From the IMG/VR virus record IMGVR_UViG_2563366820_000007: 12,940 nucleotides of DNA; one strand, 5' to 3'. The position numbers were made by a program, and so were the translations under genes. Origin of the DNA: a virus. Lineage: Duplodnaviria; Heunggongvirae; Uroviricota; Caudoviricetes. The notes under the pieces were generated by a model. The model was not told the origin of the DNA. It ran no database searches and was given only the letters and a program-made list of their open reading frames with translations. Of the stretch, positions 1 through 7,337 are shown one piece after another (the stretch's first letter is position 1; every line of letters starts with the position of its first letter).

Positions 1-192
1 TTAATAATCCCTCTTTTCCCATGTTTTTCCATCGGGGTCTTTACGCTTGTCACTACCTGGTAACTGCTGGTGGCGTTCCTGTTGCAGCACAACGGAAACA
101 GGCGCTGAACACCTGTTAATTTTGCTTGCTGGTTGTTTGATTCCGGCAATGCTGCGGATCATTTCCAGCATATCGGCTTCGGTGATGGTCAT
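1..192 (-). CDS. small hypothetical protein (about 63 aa), second gene of AT-rich distal cassette
   Basis: ORF on minus strand with stop at 1-3. Preferred start is the ATG at 190-192 (MTITEADMLEMIRS...), preceded by AGGAAA 5 nt upstream; alternative starts at 213 (ATG) and 219 (TTG). Lies 22 bp downstream of the membrane-protein gene on the same strand. No family recognised. Confidence 0.4.
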   Translation of the reverse strand: MTITEADMLEMIRSIAGIKQPASKINRCSAPVSVVLQQERHQQLPGSDKRKDPDGKTWEKRDY

Positions 193-241
193 AGGTTTCC
201 TATCAGCACTCATATCCAATCAATAAGTTCAATACAATGGA

Positions 242-823
242 TTATCCCGTTTTAGTGACTAACCATTGCAGAATAACGATAATTAAATATGTTAATGTGC
301 CAGTTCCAAGAAGTATTAATAATTGATAGCAACGTAGGACAATATTACTAATCGATTTTTGCATCACGATATTCACTGGCTCAGCCACACACTCTTTAGA
401 TCTTATCGATAGAATACTTGGAACTTCTGTATTTATTGATAATATTTCACATTGAATAGACTCACCAGGTGCAAGGCTTTCAAACTTGATAATATAGCGA
501 CCATCCTGTTCAATATTTTCTTCAAAATGGTGGACAGGCCAAAAATTAATATGCATTGGCTTATAGTTAAAAACCAATGATATATTAGTAGCACTTTCTC
601 GCCCTTCATTAACAAGAATAATAGATCGTGTATACACCAACTGTGAATTAGATATTACCTCACCATTGGCATTCCGTAAGGGTTCATTGAGAAGAAAAGT
701 AAATCCATGCTGATAACCATAGGATAACTTTGCCTTGCTTTTAAATCTGTTATTCAGTATCCATGTTAAAATCGCTATAAAAAAAGAAAATAGTTCTTTC
801 CCATAAAGACTAAAAAAACTCAT
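242..823 (-). CDS. hypothetical membrane protein, 193 aa, two predicted TM helices flanking a soluble domain of about 135 aa
   Basis: ORF track 242..826; the ATG at 821-823 has AAGGA about 8 nt upstream. Hydrophobic stretches LFSFFIAILTWIL near the N-terminus and LLILLGTGTLTYLIIVILQWLV near the C-terminus. GC content is visibly much lower than in neighbouring genes (roughly mid-30s percent by eye). No family recognised. Confidence 0.6.
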   Translation of the reverse strand: MSFFSLYGKELFSFFIAILTWILNNRFKSKAKLSYGYQHGFTFLLNEPLRNANGEVISNSQLVYTRSIILVNEGRESATNISLVFNYKPMHINFWPVHHFEENIEQDGRYIIKFESLAPGESIQCEILSINTEVPSILSIRSKECVAEPVNIVMQKSISNIVLRCYQLLILLGTGTLTYLIIVILQWLVTKTG

Positions 824-921
824 CACACATTTCCTTCAGTAATCTGATTCTGCTGTCAAAGTTACCAGCACTATAGTCATTCATCCACATTGCGACAAGA
901 AGGTTACAGCACGTTCAATCA

Positions 922-1219
922 CACCTTAGGAAATCTTAGGGGGCTGGTTGACACTTTCCGGCTTAAGGCCTTAATAAATCTTAATATCGCAGGTTGACAC
1001 ACTTGACACTTTTTCACGAAAAACCTTAACAAAACTTAACCATCCCTGGCATTTCTAAGCATGGCAACTTGACACTTTTCGCGATTTTTTCGGTTTTTTG
1101 ACGTGGTAAGTCTGGCGCAAAGCCAGTAACGACAGGGGTTACAGCGAGGTTGACACTTTTTCGCGTTCAGAGTGTAAAGTGTCAACCCGGCGGACGGCCT
1201 GACTTGACACTTTTTCGCG
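922..1219. repeat. array of degenerate direct repeats with core TTGACAC(T)TTTT(T)CGCG
   Basis: TTGACAC at 948, 994, 1003, 1069, 1150 and 1204, an inverted copy GTGTCAA at 1179, and a degenerate TTGACGT at 1097. The 16-mer TTGACACTTTTTCGCG is exact at 1150-1165 and 1204-1219. Interleaved second motif CCTTAnn-AAAT-CTTAnn at about 925, 968 and 1023. GGTTACAGC also recurs at 902 and 1137. Confidence 0.7.
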
Positions 1220-1232
1220 AATTTTACGGTCA

Positions 1233-1757
1233 TTAATGGGATGATTTTTCCCACTCAGCCAGGGCGTTTAGTCCTGCCTCACTCCATGTGTCCTGTTCAT
1301 CGGGACAATCGCTGGCAACATAGCATAGTTCACAACGCAGCATACGAATTGCCAGCCTGGCATTACCTCGCAAATTGTATTGTTCAAAGTAATGCTGCCC
1401 GTCGCAATCCTCAAGGCAGATAGCACCATCATCAAGAAAGTGCACTTCCCAGCCTAATTCCCCGGCTGCATCCAGCACACGCTGCTGTATGCCCTCGTCC
1501 GTTGCTGGCGCAGGGATTTTACCGTCTCTGGCCTTAACTGCTTTCCAGAACTCGCCCCACGTCATTTCCAGCGTTCTCTCTGGCCACATTTCAGAAACTG
1601 TGTCTTTTCCCTGTGCTGGTGGGCTGTTCCGCTGCTCTGTCGCTTCCACATCGATTTTTTTACCGGACATGACCACTTCGCCTTTCTCGATCCAGTCGTA
1701 AACTGTCTGGCGGCTTACGCCTTTGTGTTTGGCATATTCTGCCTTACTCATCAGCAT
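1233..1757 (-). CDS. Nu1/TerS-like winged-HTH DNA-binding protein, 174 aa (possible small terminase or packaging-related protein)
   Basis: N-terminus SKAEYAKHKGVSRQTVYDWIEKG follows the same pattern as lambda Nu1 KKQLADIFGASIRTIQNWQEQG. The C-terminal half is cysteine-rich (C..C, CDG, C..C). GGGTGAG sits upstream of the start, which lies 6 nt after the stop of the upstream gene. Functional call is inference. Confidence 0.5.
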   Translation of the reverse strand: MLMSKAEYAKHKGVSRQTVYDWIEKGEVVMSGKKIDVEATEQRNSPPAQGKDTVSEMWPERTLEMTWGEFWKAVKARDGKIPAPATDEGIQQRVLDAAGELGWEVHFLDDGAICLEDCDGQHYFEQYNLRGNARLAIRMLRCELCYVASDCPDEQDTWSEAGLNALAEWEKSSH

Positions 1758-1763
1758 TATGAC

Positions 1764-2435
1764 TCACCCTTCTTTTTCCAGTTGAGCCAGCCGCCCGGAT
1801 ATTTCTTCCAGTTTTTCCAGGGCTGGCTTGCAGGCCGCATCAATAACGTCCCGAACCATTCCGGCAAGCTGCTCATCTGCTGTCGGCGTTGTTACCTCCA
1901 CACCCGATGGTTTCCCGCCCTTATCCCAAACACCAAGCGGCACGAGTGCAACGTGATCGATAAGAAATGGCGTACCCTCAATAAAAAAATTGTCCTCGCC
2001 CATTACATCAGGAACTTCAGCCCCACCGGACGCACCACAAAACACAACCGACGGGCTGGTGGATACCTCCCCCCGTGCTTTCTGGATGTAATCGATGATT
2101 TCCTGCCCGTAAATCCGGCATACGCCCCACACCTCGTCACCGCGAATATACGGCAACATGACGGTGCCAATAATGCGCGACCGTTCGCCCACGTCTTCAA
2201 GGGTTTTGCTTTCGGGATGGTCGATAATGACGGGTACTCCGGCGCAACGTTCCAGGAACTGCGGATTGAGATAAGTTTGCGGTGAACGCCAGACAAATTC
2301 TTTTTCTTCGGCGCGGTAGGCCATTCCGGTTCCTGTGATACGCAGGTTAACCAGCCACATGTTGGAAAACTGATAAGGCGACGGTAGCTGTCCGTCCCGA
2401 ATCTGCTTCGCCGCCTCAATTTCTGTTAAAAGCAT
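1764..2435 (-). CDS. hypothetical protein, 223 aa
   Basis: Long ORF on the same strand as its neighbours, ends 6 nt before the TerS-like start. Acidic coiled-coil-like C-terminus (ALEKLEEISGRLAQLEKEG). Family not recognised; a morphogenesis or packaging role is only a positional guess. Confidence 0.55.
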   Translation of the reverse strand: MLLTEIEAAKQIRDGQLPSPYQFSNMWLVNLRITGTGMAYRAEEKEFVWRSPQTYLNPQFLERCAGVPVIIDHPESKTLEDVGERSRIIGTVMLPYIRGDEVWGVCRIYGQEIIDYIQKARGEVSTSPSVVFCGASGGAEVPDVMGEDNFFIEGTPFLIDHVALVPLGVWDKGGKPSGVEVTTPTADEQLAGMVRDVIDAACKPALEKLEEISGRLAQLEKEG

Positions 2436-2499
2436 AATGTTATCCGGTTATAAGCAATAAGCCCCGCCAAATCCGGCAGGGCTGAACTCAGCACGTTTT

Positions 2500-3078
2500 T
2501 CATGCCCCCGCGAGGCTTGCAACGTTAATTTTGACCAGGCGACGGGGAGGGATTTTGAAGGCGTTCAGCCAGACGTTCGGATCGCCCTGATATTCAGTAA
2601 TACGACGACCAGCTTCATCCATTCTTACGGTTTTACCCAAATGGCCCGGCGTGTTTTCCACGGCCCACTGAGCACTTTCCTGAGCAGCCTTGTAAATCTG
2701 ATCTTCCAGCACCGCCAGCGTTGCAGAATCTGAAACGGAACGAATATCCACATCACTGAATTTTTTAGCCAGCTTCTGTGCGCCAATTAATGCACGTTTG
2801 CGGTAATCCATCGACTTTTCACCAGCAAACGGGGCCGGAGCGCGACGGCCCATATTGCTGTATGCGGAATCCGCTTTAGCCTGGGCTTCTGCCAGTGAGG
2901 ATTCATCTTCGACTGACGCGACGATGTTTTGATTAGCGTTATCCTCTTTTATGAAATCCTGTGCGGGGATCGCATTCAGAATTTCGATAATCTCCTGCGG
3001 AGTGCTGCCCTGCGACTCTGACAGAGCGTTAACCACCTCCATCAGTTTTAATCGCAAATCTTCTTTGCTTGCTGGCAT
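2500..3078 (-). CDS. hypothetical protein, 192 aa
   Basis: ORF track 2500..3087; start preferred at MPASKEDL (ATG 3076-3078) with strong GAGAGGTGG upstream. Family not recognised. Confidence 0.55.
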   Translation of the reverse strand: MPASKEDLRLKLMEVVNALSESQGSTPQEIIEILNAIPAQDFIKEDNANQNIVASVEDESSLAEAQAKADSAYSNMGRRAPAPFAGEKSMDYRKRALIGAQKLAKKFSDVDIRSVSDSATLAVLEDQIYKAAQESAQWAVENTPGHLGKTVRMDEAGRRITEYQGDPNVWLNAFKIPPRRLVKINVASLAGA

Positions 3079-3117
3079 TTTTACCACCTCTCTTTTTTCA
3101 CCAAAAAATCACGACCA

Positions 3118-3297
3118 TCAGGCCGGACGTTCTACGGGATAAAGCGCCCGCTGCATTAAACGCCGGGCGACCTCATGAATGCTCGGAGCAATCCCCAGCG
3201 GAGAATTGCGGCGTTCCTCGTCCTGGATGCGCTGTAATGCTTCAATCTGATCACGAGCGAGTAAAACGGGTTTCACGCTGGCTTTTCTCATAGTCAT
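3118..3297 (-). CDS. small hypothetical protein (about 59 aa), basic, possible DNA-binding
   Basis: ORF track 3118..3315 begins on TTG; in-frame ATGs at 3297 and 3291 (MTMRKASVKPVLLARDQIEALQRIQDEERR...). Weak ribosome-binding site. Sits downstream of two terminators, so expression is uncertain. Confidence 0.3.
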   Translation of the reverse strand: MTMRKASVKPVLLARDQIEALQRIQDEERRNSPLGIAPSIHEVARRLMQRALYPVERPA

Positions 3298-3422
3298 ATC
3301 TTCTGAACAAAACAATGGTTATGATTGCATAAACTGAAATGACGATCTACATCATTGCAATCCATGAAACGATAACGCATGATGATCGCGTTCTTCCCAT
3401 TGACTTCAATCACCTGAAAAAC

Positions 3423-3455
3423 AAAGCCCGCAACACTTCTGGCTGCGGGCTTTTT
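3423..3455. terminator. bidirectional intrinsic terminator
   Basis: AAAGCCCGCA (3423-3432) pairs with TGCGGGCTTT (3444-3453) around an 11-nt loop. T-runs flank the stem on both strands. Confidence 0.6.
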
Positions 3456-3461
3456 ACTGGC

Positions 3462-3487
3462 ACAAAAAAGCCGGGAAAAATCCCGGC
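3462..3487 (-). terminator. intrinsic terminator downstream of the PerC-like gene
   Basis: On the minus strand GCCGGGA-UUUU-UCCCGGC followed by UUUUUUG; the hairpin is 3470-3487 and the U-tract 3462-3469. Lies 6 nt after the stop of the 3493..3780 CDS. Confidence 0.6.
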
Positions 3488-3492
3488 CTCCG

Positions 3493-3780
3493 TCACTGAC
3501 TGCAATTTTTCGATCTAGGGTATTTCCTGAATGCCTCACCATTGGGCTGATGTAATCCCATCCCGGCATGTGCCCGGCTGATGGTGTCGCGCATCTCCCC
3601 GAAATTATCCTGCCTTACTGGCGGGCGTGCTGCCTTGTGGATACATTCCGCTCGACGTTTTGCCGCCTGTTCCCGTGCCTTGTCACCGTTCGCCAGCATA
3701 ATGACCTCAGCCCACCGCGCCGCCGCTCTCCGGTACAGACCACGCGCTTCCAGTGCTTCGGCTTTACTGTCGTGAATCAT
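3493..3780 (-). CDS. PerC-family-like transcriptional activator, 95 aa
   Basis: N-terminal AEALEARGLYRRAAARWAEVI and later MGLHQPNGEAFR resemble PerC-type activators as I remember them. Its ATG overlaps the stop of the upstream ProQ/FinO-like gene (ATGA), indicating translational coupling. Confidence 0.5.
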   Translation of the reverse strand: MIHDSKAEALEARGLYRRAAARWAEVIMLANGDKAREQAAKRRAECIHKAARPPVRQDNFGEMRDTISRAHAGMGLHQPNGEAFRKYPRSKNCSQ

Positions 3781-4307
3781 GCGCCTGTTTTCTCCTTTGC
3801 TGCCCGGCGCTGACGTTTGCGCTTCTCATTCAGCGCCACCAGCCGCGTTTCTGCGTCCTGTTGTTCCTGTGGTGTCACCTCGCCGCACGGCTGGCCTTTC
3901 AGGTCGTAGCGTACCCCACCAGCCATTAAGGCGCGGTAATAGCGCGGACACTGTGCATAAGATGCCAGCGTCGCACGCAATGCCCCTGGACCGAATGCCA
4001 GCCCCCTGACGGCGAGATCCTGCAGCAGGTCGTCGAATATCCCCACCTTAAGCGGCTTCGGTGCTTCCCGGCTGAATAATTCTGGCCACAACTCAGTGAG
4101 GCGGTTAACGCGTCTGCGGTTTTTGCGCTGGCGTTTGGTCATATGCCGCCACGGTGTCGCCCCTGTGGGCTTCTGTTGCGCGTTCTGGTTACCGGGCATC
4201 ACTTTATATGCCGATGTGGTTTTATCCTGTTGCTGCGCCGCCTGCATCGTTTTCTGCGGCGTGCCGTAAATGCCTTTCGGTTTTCTGTTAATGGTCAGCT
4301 TTGTCAT
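3777..4307 (-). CDS. ProQ/FinO-family RNA-binding protein, about 176 aa
   Basis: Central segment ELFSREAPKPLKVGIFDDLLQDLA...YRALMAGGVRYDLKGQPCGEVTPQE aligns by eye with E. coli ProQ N-domain ([22 protein letters not shown]...[28 protein letters not shown]). Start at ATG 4305-4307 (GGGG upstream) or ATG 4317-4319. Confidence 0.7.
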   Translation of the reverse strand: MTKLTINRKPKGIYGTPQKTMQAAQQQDKTTSAYKVMPGNQNAQQKPTGATPWRHMTKRQRKNRRRVNRLTELWPELFSREAPKPLKVGIFDDLLQDLAVRGLAFGPGALRATLASYAQCPRYYRALMAGGVRYDLKGQPCGEVTPQEQQDAETRLVALNEKRKRQRRAAKEKTGA

Positions 4308-4321
4308 GCTTTGCCCCATCG

Positions 4322-4575
4322 TTACAACTGTCTACCGTATTAATACATCGATAATTAATGATTTTTACTAAATGGTAGACAGTGTAGATAGTTAAAATAA
4401 AAATTTTAAAAATGAACCCATAACTATCTGTTTTTATATACCCCCCCGTGGTTTAGAAATATAAAATAAACTGTCCACCTCTCTACCACATTAAAAATAC
4501 CTATATAATTCAAAACATTAATTAGTAGATGGTTGGTAGAGGGTTAAGTGTATCTGTCTACCAACCGTCTACCTT
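4322..4575. promoter_or_regulatory. AT-rich control region with GTAGAC-containing inverted repeats
   Basis: GGTAGACAGT at 4374-4383 and its reverse complement at 4326-4335, which lies in the 5' leader of the ProQ-like gene. Large inverted repeat GTAGATGGTTGGTAGAG (4524-4540) / CTGTCTACCAACCGTCTACC (4552-4571). Confidence 0.45.
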
Positions 4576-4661
4576 TACGTTTCAGCTTATAAATTTCGTA
4601 TTATGTTCTCCAACGGCGCTGATATAACATTCTGTTTTCATTTTTAACATCCATGATTTTT

Positions 4662-5055
4662 TAATTCCTCACCTGCTGCACAGTGAGAATTTATGAAGTT
4701 AATAACAATATGATTTTAAATATATTTTTAAGCACTCACTTTTTAATCCTTATATATACGCAAAAGTGAGGTAAATAGTTAAGTTTTAGTTAATATCTTG
4801 CATGGTGTGTTTTTTAACCTACCTGTTATTTTTATTACCTCATTTCTATTAACTCACCATTCCTCACTTTTGTTCCTCACTTTTTGTTATTCTTGTTCTG
4901 CTCCTCAGTCGTTTTCTTTATTGTTGTAATATGTTGTTTTGCAATGTGTTTTTAACTCCTCACTTTTTGATCTATATACAGGTGAGAAAGTGAGGAAAAC
5001 AGGGATGATTTTTAAATATTCCCTTCCCCCTCACTTTTACGCCTCACTTTTTACA
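4662..5055. repeat. iteron array, putative origin of replication
   Basis: At least 7 direct copies of CCTCACTTTT(T) at about 4735, 4862, 4875, 4968, 5029 and 5042, with degenerate copies at 4668 and 4838. Inverted copies AAAGTGAGG at 4762 and 4987 and GTGAG at 4683. AT-rich spacers. The last iteron overlaps the rep stop codon (5051-5053). Confidence 0.7.
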
Positions 5056-6463
5056 GTGGGCGCACATCATCACCGTCAATAGCGATTACGCCGTCACCTT
5101 CCAGCTTGTACAGCCAGCGCCGGAAGTTTTTCATCTCATACCCCAGCTTTTTCATGTCATCGCGCAACAACGGAATAGTGCATTTATCTCCGCGTTGCGT
5201 GCGTGAACGAATACAACCCCATAGTGCGGCGTGATTCTCCGTCTTGTTCCCGGCTTCCTCGATGCGCTCCAGTTCAACCGGCGAACGGGGCTTATCCTCC
5301 AGCACCAGCGACGTGATTAACTCCCCGCCTTCATCCTTGAAAAGCTCAACCTCGCGCAAATCGCAAGCCATTTCTTTCAGTTCCTCCGCATCCTTCATCT
5401 TGGTACATGCGATAACCAGGGCTTCACTGCCTGCACCTTCACGGCGTATCCGGTACTCTGCATCCAGTGCTGCACGAAACGCACTGGAACCGCGCGCACC
5501 CTTTGTTTCATCCTTGCCGGAATGATGAATTACCAGCACTGTAGCGCCTGTACGCCGTTTCAGTTCGTCACATCCATGGACAAATGCCCCCATATCCCGC
5601 GCATCATTTTCATCGCTGCCACCAAAGCAACGCGCCAGAGTATCCAGAATAATCATGCGTACAGGTTTACCCGTTTCCTGCTCAACCTGTCGGGCAGCAA
5701 TAACCATTTCATCAACATCACTCGGTGCGGCCGGAAAAATTGGACGATTTACCAGGTATAGATTTTTCACCTGCTCACTGTTCACCAGTTCCCATGCCTT
5801 GATACGACGAGGAACACCGATCCCGCCCTCACCAACGACATACATCACCGCACCATGTACAACCCTGCGACCTCCCCACGGGATACCGGTAGCAACATGA
5901 CACGCCCACGAACACGCAAGGAACGACTTATAAGAACCGCTCGCACCGTATGTGCTACATAGCGAATTAGCCGGAATCACGCCCTTAACTACATAGCTAA
6001 GCTGTGAATCATATCCTTCCGATCCAATGCTCATTGGTAGCGTGGTTTTTCGCTGGCTGTATTGCTCGTCAGTAAGCATTTCTTCGCGCTCTGCCTGTTC
6101 GCGGATCCGTTGCAGGTAATCGCGCCAGTTCTCCGGCTCCTGGTCGGTGATGCCTTTGTATAATTTCGCCTCCTGTACGCCAGCCAGCGCCAGTTTTTCA
6201 GCGATAGCGTTGATCTGGATTGGCTCTATCTCCCCCGCGATATAAACACGCGCAAAGCGGCGTTCATCGTCGACAATGCGGATATTCGCCAGGTCTGCCA
6301 GTTGCTTTGGCCCCAGATAAACAGGAGGCACGTTATCGCCATGTTTTCGTCCTTCGCTTTCAATCCAGTGTTGAGCATGGGAGTAAGCGTCCGCCCCGGC
6401 AAAAATGATTACCTCTGTGAATTTATCCTTCGGCTGATATTTCAAATTCGGTGCGTTTTTCAC
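5051..6463 (-). CDS. RepA-like replicative helicase (RecA-fold P-loop ATPase) with an N-terminal domain of about 150 aa
   Basis: GTG start at 6461-6463 with GGAGGT 6 nt upstream, overlapping the stop of the upstream gene (GTGA). C-terminal half carries a P-loop-like GASGSYKS, a Walker-B-like MIILDTL and a VLVIHHSGKD motif, typical of RSF1010 RepA / DnaB-like helicases. An iteron origin follows immediately. Confidence 0.8.
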   Translation of the reverse strand: MKNAPNLKYQPKDKFTEVIIFAGADAYSHAQHWIESEGRKHGDNVPPVYLGPKQLADLANIRIVDDERRFARVYIAGEIEPIQINAIAEKLALAGVQEAKLYKGITDQEPENWRDYLQRIREQAEREEMLTDEQYSQRKTTLPMSIGSEGYDSQLSYVVKGVIPANSLCSTYGASGSYKSFLACSWACHVATGIPWGGRRVVHGAVMYVVGEGGIGVPRRIKAWELVNSEQVKNLYLVNRPIFPAAPSDVDEMVIAARQVEQETGKPVRMIILDTLARCFGGSDENDARDMGAFVHGCDELKRRTGATVLVIHHSGKDETKGARGSSAFRAALDAEYRIRREGAGSEALVIACTKMKDAEELKEMACDLREVELFKDEGGELITSLVLEDKPRSPVELERIEEAGNKTENHAALWGCIRSRTQRGDKCTIPLLRDDMKKLGYEMKNFRRWLYKLEGDGVIAIDGDDVRPL

Positions 6464-6774
6464 TTCTTACCTCCCCGCTCACGAATAATTTCACGTACTG
6501 TCCTGATGCGTTCCGCGCCCGTGACGCTCATGATTTTGTCGATGTCGCTTAATTCTGCTGGTGGCGCTTTACTTACAAGGATGAATTCCCTTTCAAAGCG
6601 CATATGTGACGACACGCAGGGATGCGCATACCCTTCGCGGATATAGGTCACACGATAAGCACTCACCGTTTTTACCGTTATCTGACTGCCGTATTTATCC
6701 CGGAAAATATCGCCGGGGCGAATTTCAGGCCGAGAGAGACCGCTGGCAGTAAAGCCAGAATTTTTCTTTTTCAT
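6460..6774 (-). CDS. hypothetical protein, 104 aa, translationally coupled to rep
   Basis: ATG at 6772-6774 with AGGAAAA upstream; stop overlaps the rep GTG start. Family not recognised. Confidence 0.55.
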   Translation of the reverse strand: MKKKNSGFTASGLSRPEIRPGDIFRDKYGSQITVKTVSAYRVTYIREGYAHPCVSSHMRFEREFILVSKAPPAELSDIDKIMSVTGAERIRTVREIIRERGGKK

Positions 6775-6778
6775 GGTT

Positions 6779-6979
6779 TTATTTTCCTGTCAGCAGTTCC
6801 GGTTTTATTCCTGCACGAATACAGAGTTCAGAAAAGCCTTCTACCGTACTTACAATTTCATTATTTCGCAGTCGGCATTGTGATTTCACGTTCCCTTTAT
6901 CCAGGTAAACCAGTACGCGTCCGGTGAAATCATCTGGCACATTCAGGGTAATTGTCATTGTTGCTGGCTGATTACCCAT
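6779..6979 (-). CDS. small hypothetical protein, 66 aa, single copy of the FTG module
   Basis: ATG at 6977-6979 with GGGGGTG upstream. Contains DDFTGRVLVYLDKGNV...SELCIRAGIKPEL, paralogous to modules in the upstream 121-aa protein. Start overlaps the upstream stop (ATGGGTAA). Confidence 0.5.
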   Translation of the reverse strand: MGNQPATMTITLNVPDDFTGRVLVYLDKGNVKSQCRLRNNEIVSTVEGFSELCIRAGIKPELLTGK

Positions 6980-7337
6980 GATGCACCCCCTGAATGACCT
7001 GATAGCCGCAACAGGTCAGCAATTCGATAAATTCCGGTAATGTGCCGAAACAGCAATCATCACGCAGCTGTTCGCGGGATACCTCGACGCCGTTTTCGTA
7101 GTGACTCACCATACGTCCGGTAAAATGCAGATCATCATCGTGATGGCTCGTTGACGGCTTAATCAGTCGCGCACGTTCTGCCAGTTCCAGCAATGCTTCA
7201 ACACTTCCGGCAATTGCACCATCCGGCAGGTGGTAATTACGCACTATGCGCCCATTCTCCACATTGACCAGTAGCTGCCCGGTAAATTTCTCGTCAAACT
7301 GAATGCTGTTAAGGTCAGAAATTGACAGGTTATGCAT
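6972..7337 (-). CDS. hypothetical protein, 121 aa, two tandem FTG modules
   Basis: ATG at 7335-7337 with AGGGGGTAAG upstream. Two internal repeats: FTGQLLVNVENGRIV...SVEALLELAERARLIKP and FTGRMVSHYENGVEV...LPEFIELLTCCGYQV. Overlaps the upstream stop (ATGCATAA). Confidence 0.55.
   Translation of the reverse strand: MHNLSISDLNSIQFDEKFTGQLLVNVENGRIVRNYHLPDGAIAGSVEALLELAERARLIKPSTSHHDDDLHFTGRMVSHYENGVEVSREQLRDDCCFGTLPEFIELLTCCGYQVIQGVHHG

Noticed and set aside
922-1219. TTGACA repeats as a stack of sigma-70 -35 boxes
   Set aside because: No acceptable -10 hexamer lies 16-18 bp downstream of any copy (for example CGGTCA after the copy at 1204); a protein-binding repeat array is more likely.
1725-2435. 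Overlapping ORFs 1725..2285 (+) and 2003..2419 (-)
   Set aside because: They lie in alternative frames inside the better-supported 223-aa minus-strand gene, with no ribosome-binding sites and odd composition; treated as shadow ORFs.
3294-3569. 91-aa minus-strand ORF
   Set aside because: It spans two intrinsic terminator hairpins and overlaps the end of the PerC-like gene; unlikely to be translated.
4662-5055. Possible CRISPR array suggested by the repeated CCTCACTTTT units
   Set aside because: Repeats are only about 10 bp, irregularly spaced and in both orientations, with no repeat-spacer periodicity; this is an iteron origin, not CRISPR.
5244-5900. Three plus-strand ORFs antisense to rep
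   Set aside because: Serine/arginine-rich low-complexity translations typical of the antisense frame of a real gene.
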